Assembly: GCF_004353525.1 (NCBI RefSeq)
Contig: NZ_CP085524.1
Coordinates: 1,188,142 to 1,212,141, forward strand
DNA from: Zhaonella formicivorans
GTDB lineage: Bacteria > Bacillota > DUOV01 > Zhaonellaceae
Reading direction: 5' to 3'
Length of the DNA: 24,000 nt
The translations under genes and the position numbers were made by a program. The notes beneath the pieces were generated by a model, which was not told the origin of the DNA, did no database searches, and was given only the letters and a program-made list of their open reading frames with translations. Below, in pieces: positions 1-6,668 of this stretch. How positions within the stretch are numbered: position 1 is the stretch's first letter; every line of letters begins with the position of its first letter.

Positions 1-870
1 GGCTTTTTTAGCCAATTCTTGCATTTCTTTGGACTCTGCCGCCTTAATTACTGCAGTGGCTACCAAAGGCACGTGACCGTGGGCAACGATGTTTACATTC
101 TCTTCATCAATAATCCCCAAGTCGGCTTCACTCTTTGTCAGGCTGGGAGTTCCTAACAGGATGTCCTGCATAGTAATAGTACCTACTAAGCCCATATAAC
201 CTGTTGAAATAGCAAGTCTTAAGGCGGTTAACAGCAAATCCACAGGATCAGTGTCAATATTGGACATGGTCTTGGTCATGGCGTCCCTTAATTCTGACAG
301 AGGACCCCCGGGAATTATGCCCAGTTTCTCCCAAGCCTCCAGCCTGGTCTTGGGGGCAAACAATTTCACCAGGGCCAAGGGTTCATCAGAACCTTTGCGC
401 AGTTCGTGCAGCATCACGTCTGCCAGCTCTTCTGCCAAAGCGTTGGTCGGTTTTGTAGTATCCAAACCTACCACACCTGCAATCTCACGCAGTTTCTGCT
501 CATCACCGATGGTGTATGGTGTTTTGCCTTGCGCAGTAGCTTTAATAGTTTTTAATATTTCTTCCAAATGGTGCGTATAGGCTGCGATACCATGGGATTC
601 AAGACGCACCAGGTTCCTCGCTACTATTGTATCAGCAGTGGCGCCGCAAATCCCTTGCGGAGCTTTCGGTGTAATTCTACAAGGCCCATGGCTGCAAAGC
701 TGACAGCAGATACCCTGCATCCCGAAACCACACTGGGGCTGCTGTTGCTGGTAACGGTCAAATACGGTAGTTACACCTAATTCTTTGGTTCTTTCGTGCA
801 TTTGGTTCACGCTGGCGTGGGCTGATACGCCGCACTGAGCCGCACTGGAACAAGTTTGGCAATTACTCAT
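1..870 (-). CDS. cooS: Anaerobic Ni-dependent carbon monoxide dehydrogenase catalytic subunit CooS, N-terminal 290 codons (3' end outside window)
   Basis: The minus-strand frame is open from the window edge to ATG at 868-870, which is preceded by GGAGGAGATAAA. It is absent from the ORF track because no stop lies in the window. The translation reads MSNCQTCSSAAQCGV..TVFDRYQQQQPQCGFGMQGICCQLCSHGPCRITPKAPQGICGATADTIVARN..NIVAHGH. This contains the CooS D/B-cluster cysteine signature QCGFG-x3-CC-x2-C-x4-CRI...GICGATA. Confidence 0.85.
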   Translation of the reverse strand, partial: MSNCQTCSSAAQCGVSAHASVNQMHERTKELGVTTVFDRYQQQQPQCGFGMQGICCQLCSHGPCRITPKAPQGICGATADTIVARNLVRLESHGIAAYTHHLEEILKTIKATAQGKTPYTIGDEQKLREIAGVVGLDTTKPTNALAEELADVMLHELRKGSDEPLALVKLFAPKTRLEAWEKLGIIPGGPLSELRDAMTKTMSNIDTDPVDLLLTALRLAISTGYMGLVGTITMQDILLGTPSLTKSEADLGIIDEENVNIVAHGHVPLVATAVIKAAESKEMQELAKKA

Positions 871-908
871 TTTATCTCCTCCTTGAAGCAATCTTACAAC
901 CCTAATTA

Positions 909-946
909 TAAAAAAGCAGGACCCGCCATGCTGTGACGTAGTCCTG
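909..946 (-). terminator. Weak hairpin plus T-run downstream of the methyltransferase gene (possible terminator or attenuator before cooS)
   Basis: On the minus strand the sequence is CAGGAC-18 nt loop-GTCCTG followed by CTTTTTT. The stem is short and the loop large. The T-run merges into a TATAAT box (905-910) 35 nt before the cooS ATG. Confidence 0.3.
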
Positions 947-954
947 TCTCCCGG

Positions 955-970
955 TGTGACATTTATCACA
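955..970. promoter_or_regulatory. CRP/FNR-type palindromic operator TGTGA-N6-TCACA upstream of cooS
   Basis: The minus-strand reading is TTGTGATAAATGTCACAC. The site lies between the methyltransferase stop (980) and the cooS ATG (870), 44 nt upstream of TATAAT (905-910). Its first 11 nt are identical to the site at 3620-3635. Confidence 0.55.
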
Positions 971-979
971 ATTGCTCTT

Positions 980-1714
980 TTACTTCCTAGCTACTACAAC
1001 TAAAGCCTGAGTGTCTAATGTAAAGGGCTCACGCCGAAAACCTCCGAAAGTTTCAATTTGCTTAAAGCCTGCCTCCTGATGCATAGCTATCATTTCATCC
1101 TTTAATAGCGGCAAGAGAGTTACCGAATTGGTTACAGGTTTTTCCCCTTCTACTTCCAGTGTTCCGGAGAAAATAATCCTCCTATGTTCCTCATTGTATT
1201 TATATTTGCGGATGAATCTTACCCCTGCCTGCCGGTTATGTATCACAGGCAGTTCGGTGATGCCATAATGCAAGACCCGATCGTAGTTGACAATCTGGGA
1301 AATAAAAACCCCTCCTTCTTCCAGCAAATCAAAAACGTTTTTGACCAATGTGCCGAGATGCTCTTTGCTTGGTAAATGCACCAGCGAATTGCCGATACAA
1401 AATATACCCCCGAAGCTTTTCGGAGAAAATAGCTCTGCACAATCTCTCATATCAGCCACTAAAAAGTCAACGTCAACCTTTGCTCTTTCCTTGGCAGCTT
1501 TACTTCTGGCTTCTGCCACCATGCTGGCATCCAAATCCAACCCATAGACCTGAAATCCTTTAGCCCCTAGCGCCAATGCATAGGTTCCCGTCCCGCAGGC
1601 CAGATCCAGGATCTTGTTTTTACCTGCAAATTCTTCTGACAACAACTTAAGTTGGGCTTCACCCAGAGGAAAAATCGCATCATAATGTTTACTGATTGCT
1701 TGGTAAAATTCCAC
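980..1714 (-). CDS. Class I SAM-dependent methyltransferase
   Basis: This is a 244-aa ORF. Motif I ILDLACGTGTYALALG (GxGxG) is followed by an acidic residue (YGLDLD) and a post-II motif (IFCIGNSL). The start is GTG, with AAGGAG 9 nt upstream. Confidence 0.85.
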   Translation of the reverse strand: MEFYQAISKHYDAIFPLGEAQLKLLSEEFAGKNKILDLACGTGTYALALGAKGFQVYGLDLDASMVAEARSKAAKERAKVDVDFLVADMRDCAELFSPKSFGGIFCIGNSLVHLPSKEHLGTLVKNVFDLLEEGGVFISQIVNYDRVLHYGITELPVIHNRQAGVRFIRKYKYNEEHRRIIFSGTLEVEGEKPVTNSVTLLPLLKDEMIAMHQEAGFKQIETFGGFRREPFTLDTQALVVVARK

Positions 1715-1774
1715 AATTCTTATCTCCTTTCTAAAAATAGTTGCTTTATTTTAACAAGTACATTCTATATAATG

Positions 1775-1790
1775 TGTGATAAGAGTCACT
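1775..1790. promoter_or_regulatory. CRP/FNR-type operator in the methyltransferase / crp-like divergent region
   Basis: The sequence is TGTGATAAGAGTCACT. On the minus strand it sits exactly 21 nt upstream of an extended -10 TGtTAAAAT (hexamer 1748-1753), so its centre is near -41.5 for the methyltransferase promoter. On the plus strand it starts 1 nt after a TATAAT (1768-1773), which would overlap the TSS of the regulator gene. Confidence 0.55.
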
Positions 1791-1838
1791 TTCAAAAAAG
1801 AATTTTAAATATCAAGTTCGCCTGGAGGAGGTTGCTTA

Positions 1839-2528
1839 GTGGGCTCAGCAGAAATCAATCTACAAGCCTTAAAACGCATCCCCATTTTTTCTGATCTTTC
1901 AGAGGAACACCTGGAGGAATTAAACAAAGTCATCTTGGTTCGTAGATACAAAAAAGGAATGTTAGTATTTGTCGAGGGAGAACCGGGTGATGCCCTTTAC
2001 TTTGTGCGCAAAGGCGTAATTAAGCTCTCCAAAACCATGGAAGACGGTCGCGAACAGATCCTCCACTTTGTCAAAGACGGCGATATTTTTGCCGAAGTGC
2101 TGCTATTTGACGGAGGTCCTTTTCCGGCTACGGCAGAAGTGATGGAGGAGGCAGAAGTAGGCATTATCCGAAATAAAGACATAGACAATTATTTACGGCA
2201 GCATCCTGATATTGCCTTACAAATCCTGAAAATTATGAGCAAACGCCTCCGGCGGGCCCAAGCTCAAATCAGGGATCTGGCATTGAATAATACCTATGGT
2301 CGCCTAGTTAATACCCTCTTAAAACTGGCTAACGAATACGGGGAAAAAACCCCGGAAGGCACCAAAATCAACCTCGTCCTAGGTCAGCAGGATCTGGCTA
2401 ATATGATTGGCTCATCGCGGGAAACAGTAGCCCGCTTTATCAGTGATCTGAAAAAATCCAAGGTTATTGCTGTCCACAGGCAGTATATTACAATTCTGAA
2501 TGAGGATAAATTGAAACAATGGGTTTAA
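1839..2528 (+). CDS. Crp/Fnr-family transcriptional regulator (effector unknown; no cysteines)
   Basis: This is a 229-aa ORF with a GTG start preceded by GGAGGAGG. The N-terminus has a cNMP-binding-like beta-roll (GEPGDALYFVRKGVIKL). The C-terminus has a helix-turn-helix GSSRETVARFISDLKK, carrying the R-E-x-x-x-R recognition helix of CRP-type TGTGA binders. Confidence 0.9.
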   Translation: MGSAEINLQALKRIPIFSDLSEEHLEELNKVILVRRYKKGMLVFVEGEPGDALYFVRKGVIKLSKTMEDGREQILHFVKDGDIFAEVLLFDGGPFPATAEVMEEAEVGIIRNKDIDNYLRQHPDIALQILKIMSKRLRRAQAQIRDLALNNTYGRLVNTLLKLANEYGEKTPEGTKINLVLGQQDLANMIGSSRETVARFISDLKKSKVIAVHRQYITILNEDKLKQWV

Positions 2529-2537
2529 ACAGTTAGG

Positions 2538-2560
2538 GAAAGGGTTTTGCCCCTTTTTTT
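2538..2560. terminator. Small shared hairpin/T-run between the convergent crp-like and polyferredoxin genes
   Basis: The sequence is GAAAGGG-TTTTGC-CCCTTTTTTT, immediately after the regulator stop (2526-2528). It overlaps the stop of the minus-strand gene. Confidence 0.4.
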
Positions 2561-3560
2561 ATGGATGTTGTAAAAAATTTAAATTTAAAATTAGCTGGGC
2601 GTAATCCCCCATACTTAAGCTAGTCTGCCAGTATCCGGCCAATTTAGCAACAGCTGTACCACCAAAGAAAAGCAGTACCACTCCCAGGCCGAAAACCAAA
2701 GGCTGTAGTTTATGCCCCAAAAACTTCAGTTTTAAAGCATCTTTTTGAGGACAAGCCTCTAAACAGCGCAAACAACCAGTACATTCCGGAGAGGCAACTC
2801 TTTCCGATTTAGCCACCTGGAGCTTACTAGGGCAAGCCTTTGTACAGGCTGCACAATCTATGCAAAGTTCTTTGTCCCTAGCCACTGCTGTAGGGCTAAA
2901 AAAACTGATGACTCCCAACAAAGCTCCGTAAGGACACAAATAGCGGCACCAAAAGTTTCTAATAAACAATGATAAGACTGCTAGTATGAGCAGAACTATT
3001 GCGGTGGTTGTGCTCATTTCCGTAAAGAATTTCAACATTTTCACATCGGCAATCCGGTTGTACGGACTGTTCAAAAAGCCTGCTATGGCAAAAGCGGACA
3101 TATCCACAACTATAATTTTTACAAAAAATGCCAAGATCAAATACTTGATAAGCATCAGCCCACGATCTATTATTGTAGGCAGCTCAACTTGAATTAAAAA
3201 TTTTGCTCCTAATAAACCCAACCCCTCGGAAATGGTGCCTATGGGGCAAATCCAACTGCAAAAAGCTTTGCGGAAAAAAAATGAGAGCAATAAGGCCAGC
3301 AAAAATATGGTCAAACCGGCTGGATGAATCCGGTCAAACATCCCTGTTATAAGGAACAGCTTTAAAGACATGAAAGCGCTAATCGGTAGAAAAGCCTCCA
3401 CTACCGGCGGCCGGTGCGTGAACACAGTAGCACCCATTGATTCAAAATATGCCACAAAGCGATAGAATTTGAATCCTGCCCAGAGCAGCAATAACGCGAC
3501 CAGGATTTGTACGGAGTTTCGTACCAACTGTAAAGTCGTCTTTTTTGGTAACCCCAGCAT
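2559..3560 (-). CDS. Integral-membrane 4Fe-4S polyferredoxin, NapH/MauN/YccM-like
   Basis: The protein has several TM helices. It carries two CxxxCP motifs (CSWICP, CRYLCP) and two ferredoxin motifs (CIDCAACTKACP, CTGCLRCLEACP). The start was moved from 3602 to ATG 3560 (MLGLPKK), which has GGAGGA 5 nt upstream. The predicted promoter -10 (3593-3598) lies downstream of 3602. Confidence 0.8.
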   Translation of the reverse strand: MLGLPKKTTLQLVRNSVQILVALLLLWAGFKFYRFVAYFESMGATVFTHRPPVVEAFLPISAFMSLKLFLITGMFDRIHPAGLTIFLLALLLSFFFRKAFCSWICPIGTISEGLGLLGAKFLIQVELPTIIDRGLMLIKYLILAFFVKIIVVDMSAFAIAGFLNSPYNRIADVKMLKFFTEMSTTTAIVLLILAVLSLFIRNFWCRYLCPYGALLGVISFFSPTAVARDKELCIDCAACTKACPSKLQVAKSERVASPECTGCLRCLEACPQKDALKLKFLGHKLQPLVFGLGVVLLFFGGTAVAKLAGYWQTSLSMGDYAQLILNLNFLQHP

Positions 3561-3619
3561 AACTTCCTCCTGTATCTTTGTCTTTTGTACATAGTTTACC
3601 AAATTTGCACAACAAAAGT

Positions 3620-3635
3620 TGTGATATTTATCACA
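3620..3635. promoter_or_regulatory. CRP/FNR-type operator, class II position for the polyferredoxin promoter
   Basis: The minus-strand reading is TTGTGATA-AA-TATCACAA, with perfect 8-bp arms. It lies exactly 21 nt upstream of an extended -10 TGgTAAACT (hexamer 3593-3598), which puts the site centre at about -41.5. Confidence 0.6.
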
Positions 3636-3650
3636 ACCGGGCTAGAAACT

Positions 3651-3684
3651 CCAAATAAAAATACCGGAATGTGCTATCCCGGCT
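3651..3684 (-). terminator. Rho-independent terminator candidate after the MFS gene
   Basis: The minus strand reads GCCGGGA-TAGCACA-TTCCGGT followed by ATTTTTATTT. It begins directly after the TAA stop at 3685-3687. Confidence 0.4.
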
Positions 3685-5034
3685 TTATCTTAACTTATTT
3701 TTGTTAATACTAGTCCGGAAAGCTCCGACGAATTCAGCCAGGGGGTGGGCTTCGCCTTTTTTTGCGCTTCCCGCATTAACTATTTTTACAATTTGCTTGC
3801 CACTCAAACTTTCCCGATTTTCCTGCTTCTGCTGCCCGCCGCTTAACAACTGCTGCTCTTTAATAGCTATAAATGCAACAATAGCTGCAGTAGCCGCCAA
3901 AATACTTCCACTTAAAAACATTGCTGTTTTGCTGTAATTTAACAGTAAACTAAAGGCCGGTGGCCCTGCGGCTACACCGAAAAAACGCACGCTTCCATAC
4001 AGAGCTGTAATACCACCCCGCTCCTCCAGCTTACAAGAACTGGTAACCAAAGTATTGACTGCCGGTAAAACCAAACCGGTGCCGAGACCCATTAAAGATA
4101 CTCCAATAAAGAATACAATGTTTGATTTCAGCAAAGAAATTGCCGCCAACGAAACAGCCACCACAACAAGCCCGAATAAGATAAACAGTTTCATCTTTTT
4201 TTGATGTTTTTGCAAATACCTGCCGGAAATAAATGAAGTAGCAGCCATAACCAGTACCGGCACAGCCAAGACAAGGCCTTTTACAACTCCTTTTAAGCCG
4301 TGGGCTTCTTCAAGTACATCGGATAAATAAGACAAAACACCGAAGAGCAACAGCAAAACCACACTGCCTGCCAAGTAACAGCCGGCTAAAGATTCCCCCT
4401 TCTCGGTAAAAATTCTTTTGATATTAGTGAAATATTTACTTATTGATTGATTTTTGGTAGCCAAAGGTGGTTCTTTAATGAGCAGCCAAACAGCCACAGC
4501 AATAGGCACAGCCAGCATTGCATAGACAAAGAACAATGCGTACCAGACAATTAAAGCTATTATTGAGCCTAAAATCGGGCTTACCACTTTTCCTAAACCA
4601 TTGGCGGCTTCAATGGTTCCTAAAGCTTTACTCCGCTCGCTGCTGGTAAAAATGTCGCTCACGAGCGCCATGGCAATGGGAGCGGTGCCTGCGGCTCCAA
4701 TACCCTGGATAATGCGCCCTGTCAAAAGGACAGCTAAAGAATTGTTAAATAAGGTAGGAGCCAGGCCGGATATAACTCCTCCCAAACCATAAACTAACAA
4801 AGAGGGGACAATGATCTTTTTTCGCCCAACTTTGTCGCAAAGGAAACCCATAATAGGTATGGCTAATCCCGCAGGTAAGGAAAATAAAGTAATAGTAAGC
4901 CCTACTTGCAGTTTGCTTATATCCATGGCCCGCTGCATTTCCGGAAACACTGGAATGAGCATGGAGTTTCCTAACACCATGATCAAAGGAACACCGCATA
5001 GTGCCGCCAATTTGGCTATGCTTTCTTTTTTCAT
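3685..5034 (-). CDS. MFS transporter (about 12 TM, drug:H+ antiporter-like)
   Basis: This is a hydrophobic multi-TM ORF. It has an MFS loop 2-3 motif GFLCDKVGRKK and the antiporter-like motif LTGRIIQGIGAAG. ATG 5034 (MKKESIAKL) is preferred over 5067 because the candidate promoter -10 (5068-5073) would put the TSS downstream of 5067. The start remains uncertain. Confidence 0.85.
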   Translation of the reverse strand: MKKESIAKLAALCGVPLIMVLGNSMLIPVFPEMQRAMDISKLQVGLTITLFSLPAGLAIPIMGFLCDKVGRKKIIVPSLLVYGLGGVISGLAPTLFNNSLAVLLTGRIIQGIGAAGTAPIAMALVSDIFTSSERSKALGTIEAANGLGKVVSPILGSIIALIVWYALFFVYAMLAVPIAVAVWLLIKEPPLATKNQSISKYFTNIKRIFTEKGESLAGCYLAGSVVLLLLFGVLSYLSDVLEEAHGLKGVVKGLVLAVPVLVMAATSFISGRYLQKHQKKMKLFILFGLVVVAVSLAAISLLKSNIVFFIGVSLMGLGTGLVLPAVNTLVTSSCKLEERGGITALYGSVRFFGVAAGPPAFSLLLNYSKTAMFLSGSILAATAAIVAFIAIKEQQLLSGGQQKQENRESLSGKQIVKIVNAGSAKKGEAHPLAEFVGAFRTSINKNKLR

Positions 5035-5067
5035 GCATCTACACCCTTTGCTGATTTTTAACGACAA

Positions 5068-5096
5068 AATATATTTTCCCTTGTCTTGCCCTACAA
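5068..5096 (-). promoter_or_regulatory. Candidate sigma-A promoter for the MFS gene
   Basis: The minus strand reads TTGTAG-17 nt-TATATT. Confidence 0.3.
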
Positions 5097-5175
5097 TATG
5101 CTCTAAATTTGCTCATACTTTTTTGGACAGTGGGAATGCTACATGTGATTTCTTAAAAAGACAGGAGGTGATAAA

Positions 5176-5373
5176 ATGGTTAGACTCACAGCGGCGGAAT
5201 CACTATTTCTTCAGGAACATATGCGTTCTTGCAATGCCATGACAAAGTTCTTACAATTTGGCGCCATCAACTGTTCTGACCCTAAATGCAAAAACTTATG
5301 CGAAACCATGGCCAGGGAGCATCAGATGCAGTCCCAAAGATTGGCCAGCCTTTTAGGAACAACAATGAGCTAA
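5176..5373 (+). CDS. Small CotF/YraE-YraG-like spore coat protein (65 aa)
   Basis: The ATG is preceded by AGGAGGTGATAAA. The pattern LTAAESLFLQEH...K......CSDP.CKNL....REH resembles the short members of the Coat_F family, which pair with a longer Coat_F gene. This is recognised by eye, not by search. Confidence 0.55.
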   Translation: MVRLTAAESLFLQEHMRSCNAMTKFLQFGAINCSDPKCKNLCETMAREHQMQSQRLASLLGTTMS

Positions 5374-5387
5374 AGGAGGGAACTGAA

Positions 5388-5663
5388 ATGCAAGGCCAAA
5401 TGATATCTGATAAGGATGTTATGCAGCTTCTTTTAGACCAACATAAATACGCTGCTTGCAGTTTGACTCAATTTGCTTTGGAATGTACGAACATGTCCTT
5501 AAGAAACGAAGTTTTGCGCGCTTTGGATATGACTTTTGCGCACCAGCACCATATTTTCGAATTAATGAGGCAGCAAGGCTGGTATGAACCGGCAATGGCT
5601 ACCCCTACTGATCTAGCCATGGTGCAAAACATGTTTGGACAAATGAATGTAACCAATGTCTGA
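5388..5663 (+). CDS. Coat F domain spore coat protein (91 aa)
   Basis: ATG 5388 has AAGGAGGG 7 nt upstream, so the ORF-track start at 5286 is rejected. The sequence ISDKDVMQLLLDQHKYAACSLTQFALECTN..LRNEVL......HQHHIFELMRQQGWYE matches the Coat_F pattern: L.D.L...K..a..Y..a..E..n..lR, plus the GWY motif. Confidence 0.65.
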   Translation: MQGQMISDKDVMQLLLDQHKYAACSLTQFALECTNMSLRNEVLRALDMTFAHQHHIFELMRQQGWYEPAMATPTDLAMVQNMFGQMNVTNV

Positions 5664-5675
5664 CCAGGAGAAAAA

Positions 5676-5819
5676 ATGAAATTGGAGAGAGCCGGTAGCA
5701 AACAAGGCAGGTCAAGACCGGCTGTAACCGTTGAAAGCGCAAATGCCGGTTTAATGCGTAAAACCAAAAACGGAGAAACTAAACCTTACAGCTTCGGGTG
5801 CGAAGAAAAAGAAGAATAA
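5676..5819 (+). CDS. Unannotated small hydrophilic ORF (47 aa), hypothetical
   Basis: AGGAGAAAAA precedes the ATG at 5676. The translation is MKLERAGSKQGRSRPAVTVESANAGLMRKTKNGETKPYSFGCEEKEE. The TAA at 5817-5819 is followed 16 nt later by a strong terminator. The ORF falls below the ORF-track size cutoff. Confidence 0.35.
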   Translation: MKLERAGSKQGRSRPAVTVESANAGLMRKTKNGETKPYSFGCEEKEE

Positions 5820-5834
5820 CAAGAAGAAATAAAA

Positions 5835-5876
5835 GGAAATAAAAATCAGCCCAACCCTGGGCTGATTTTTATTTCC
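5835..5876. terminator. Bidirectional rho-independent terminator (perfect 19-bp inverted repeat)
   Basis: The sequence is GGAAATAAAAATCAGCCCA-ACCC-TGGGCTGATTTTTATTTCC. The GC core stem is flanked by A/T runs on both sides. It lies between convergent genes, ending at 5819 (+) and 5877 (-). Confidence 0.8.
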
Positions 5877-6668
5877 TTATAAGCTGCTGTCGTACTGACC
5901 TAATTTATAGGCACCTGTGCTATAGCTACTGGCCATTCCTGCAGTCATACCCATTTGACCTGCGGAAGTGCCTATCCCATAACTTGAAGTACCATAATCA
6001 GGTCTGCCGGTTGGTGAAGAATTTACTTCTGAAGTTCCAGCAGTAGGCGATCCGCCACCGAAACCTGCCCCACTAAAACCGGAAATTTGCCCTGTGTAGG
6101 AGCTCATACCATAACCTGAAGTTCCCCAGTCAGGTCTCCCGGTCGGTGACGTTTGTACCTCTGAAGTTCCTGCGGTAGGGCTCCCACCACCAAAGCCGGA
6201 AGTAACACCTGCTAAACCTGTAGTGCCATATCCGCTCACGCCGTAGCCACTAGTGCCATAGCCACCCGCTCCATATCCGCTGGTGCCATAGCCACCGGTG
6301 CTGTAGCCGGAAATACCGGTTTGTCCACCAAAGCCGCCGGTCGTTGCAATCCCTGCACCGCTAAATCCCCCTGCACTAACTTGCGACATTTGCCTGGCTA
6401 AACTTGAAAGCTGCTGCATTTCTTGGGCGGCACTTTGGCACATTTGCTGGATCTGGGATAGCTGCCGCGAGGCATTTTGTTCTGCTTGACTTAGGCGCTG
6501 CAGTTGACTGGCCACATTGCTTTCATTTTGCTGCATTTGCTGCAGTTGTCTTTGGTTTGACTGCTCACTGGCCGCCAGTTGCTGGGCCATGCGCGAAATG
6601 TTGTTCAATTCGCTTTGAAATTGGCTAATCCTTGCCTGCAACTGTTGAAGCTGTTGATGATACAACAT
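5877..6668 (-). CDS. Gln-rich coiled-coil / Gly-Ser-Tyr-Thr low-complexity repeat protein (263 aa), function unknown, possibly spore-associated
   Basis: ATG 6668 (MLYHQQLQQLQ) is preceded by AAAGGGGTG. The ORF-track start at 6848 would overlap recG and lacks an RBS. The N-terminal ~95 aa are Q-rich with heptad-like spacing. The C-terminal ~165 aa consist of GYGTSGYG-type repeats plus a 44-aa duplicated unit. A terminator follows directly after the stop. Confidence 0.7.
   Translation of the reverse strand: MLYHQQLQQLQARISQFQSELNNISRMAQQLAASEQSNQRQLQQMQQNESNVASQLQRLSQAEQNASRQLSQIQQMCQSAAQEMQQLSSLARQMSQVSAGGFSGAGIATTGGFGGQTGISGYSTGGYGTSGYGAGGYGTSGYGVSGYGTTGLAGVTSGFGGGSPTAGTSEVQTSPTGRPDWGTSGYGMSSYTGQISGFSGAGFGGGSPTAGTSEVNSSPTGRPDYGTSSYGIGTSAGQMGMTAGMASSYSTGAYKLGQYDSSL
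5978..6197. repeat. Intragenic direct repeat: two ~88-nt units at 132-nt period, plus short tandem GY-codon repeats up to ~6320
   Basis: Positions 5978-6066 and 6108-6197 are clearly homologous. They encode GFGGGSPTAGTSEV(N/Q)(S/T)SPTGRPD(Y/W)GTS(S/G)YG. Positions 6225-6320 repeat ccatagcc/ccgtagcc-type units encoding GYG(T/V/A)SGYG. Confidence 0.8.

Noticed and set aside
251-780. Plus-strand ORFs of 109 aa and 70 aa in the track
   Set aside because: They lie antisense to a clearly recognisable cooS reading frame. They have no RBS and low-complexity, Ser-rich translations. They are shadow ORFs.
1-870. Possibility that the first gene is hybrid cluster protein (hcp) rather than cooS, given the N-terminal CxxC motif and a CRP/HcpR-like operator
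   Set aside because: The segment TVFDRYQQQQPQCGFGMQGICCQLCSHGPCRI..GICGATADTIVAR and the later ..NIVAHGH.. follow the CooS pattern closely. Hcp lacks this QCGFG..CC..C....CRI block.
932-947. Additional TGTGA half-sites (932-936, and one near 5145 upstream of the CotF-like gene)
   Set aside because: No matching TCACA arm is present at N6 spacing. Isolated pentamers of this kind are expected by chance.
1839-2528. Calling the Crp/Fnr-family regulator CooA (CO sensor) or FNR
   Set aside because: The protein has no cysteines at all, so it lacks an FNR cluster. By eye alignment the positions of the CooA heme ligands (Cys75/His77 region) read A-E-V. The DNA-recognition helix is RETVAR (CRP-like), not the CooA type. 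Only the family assignment is retained.
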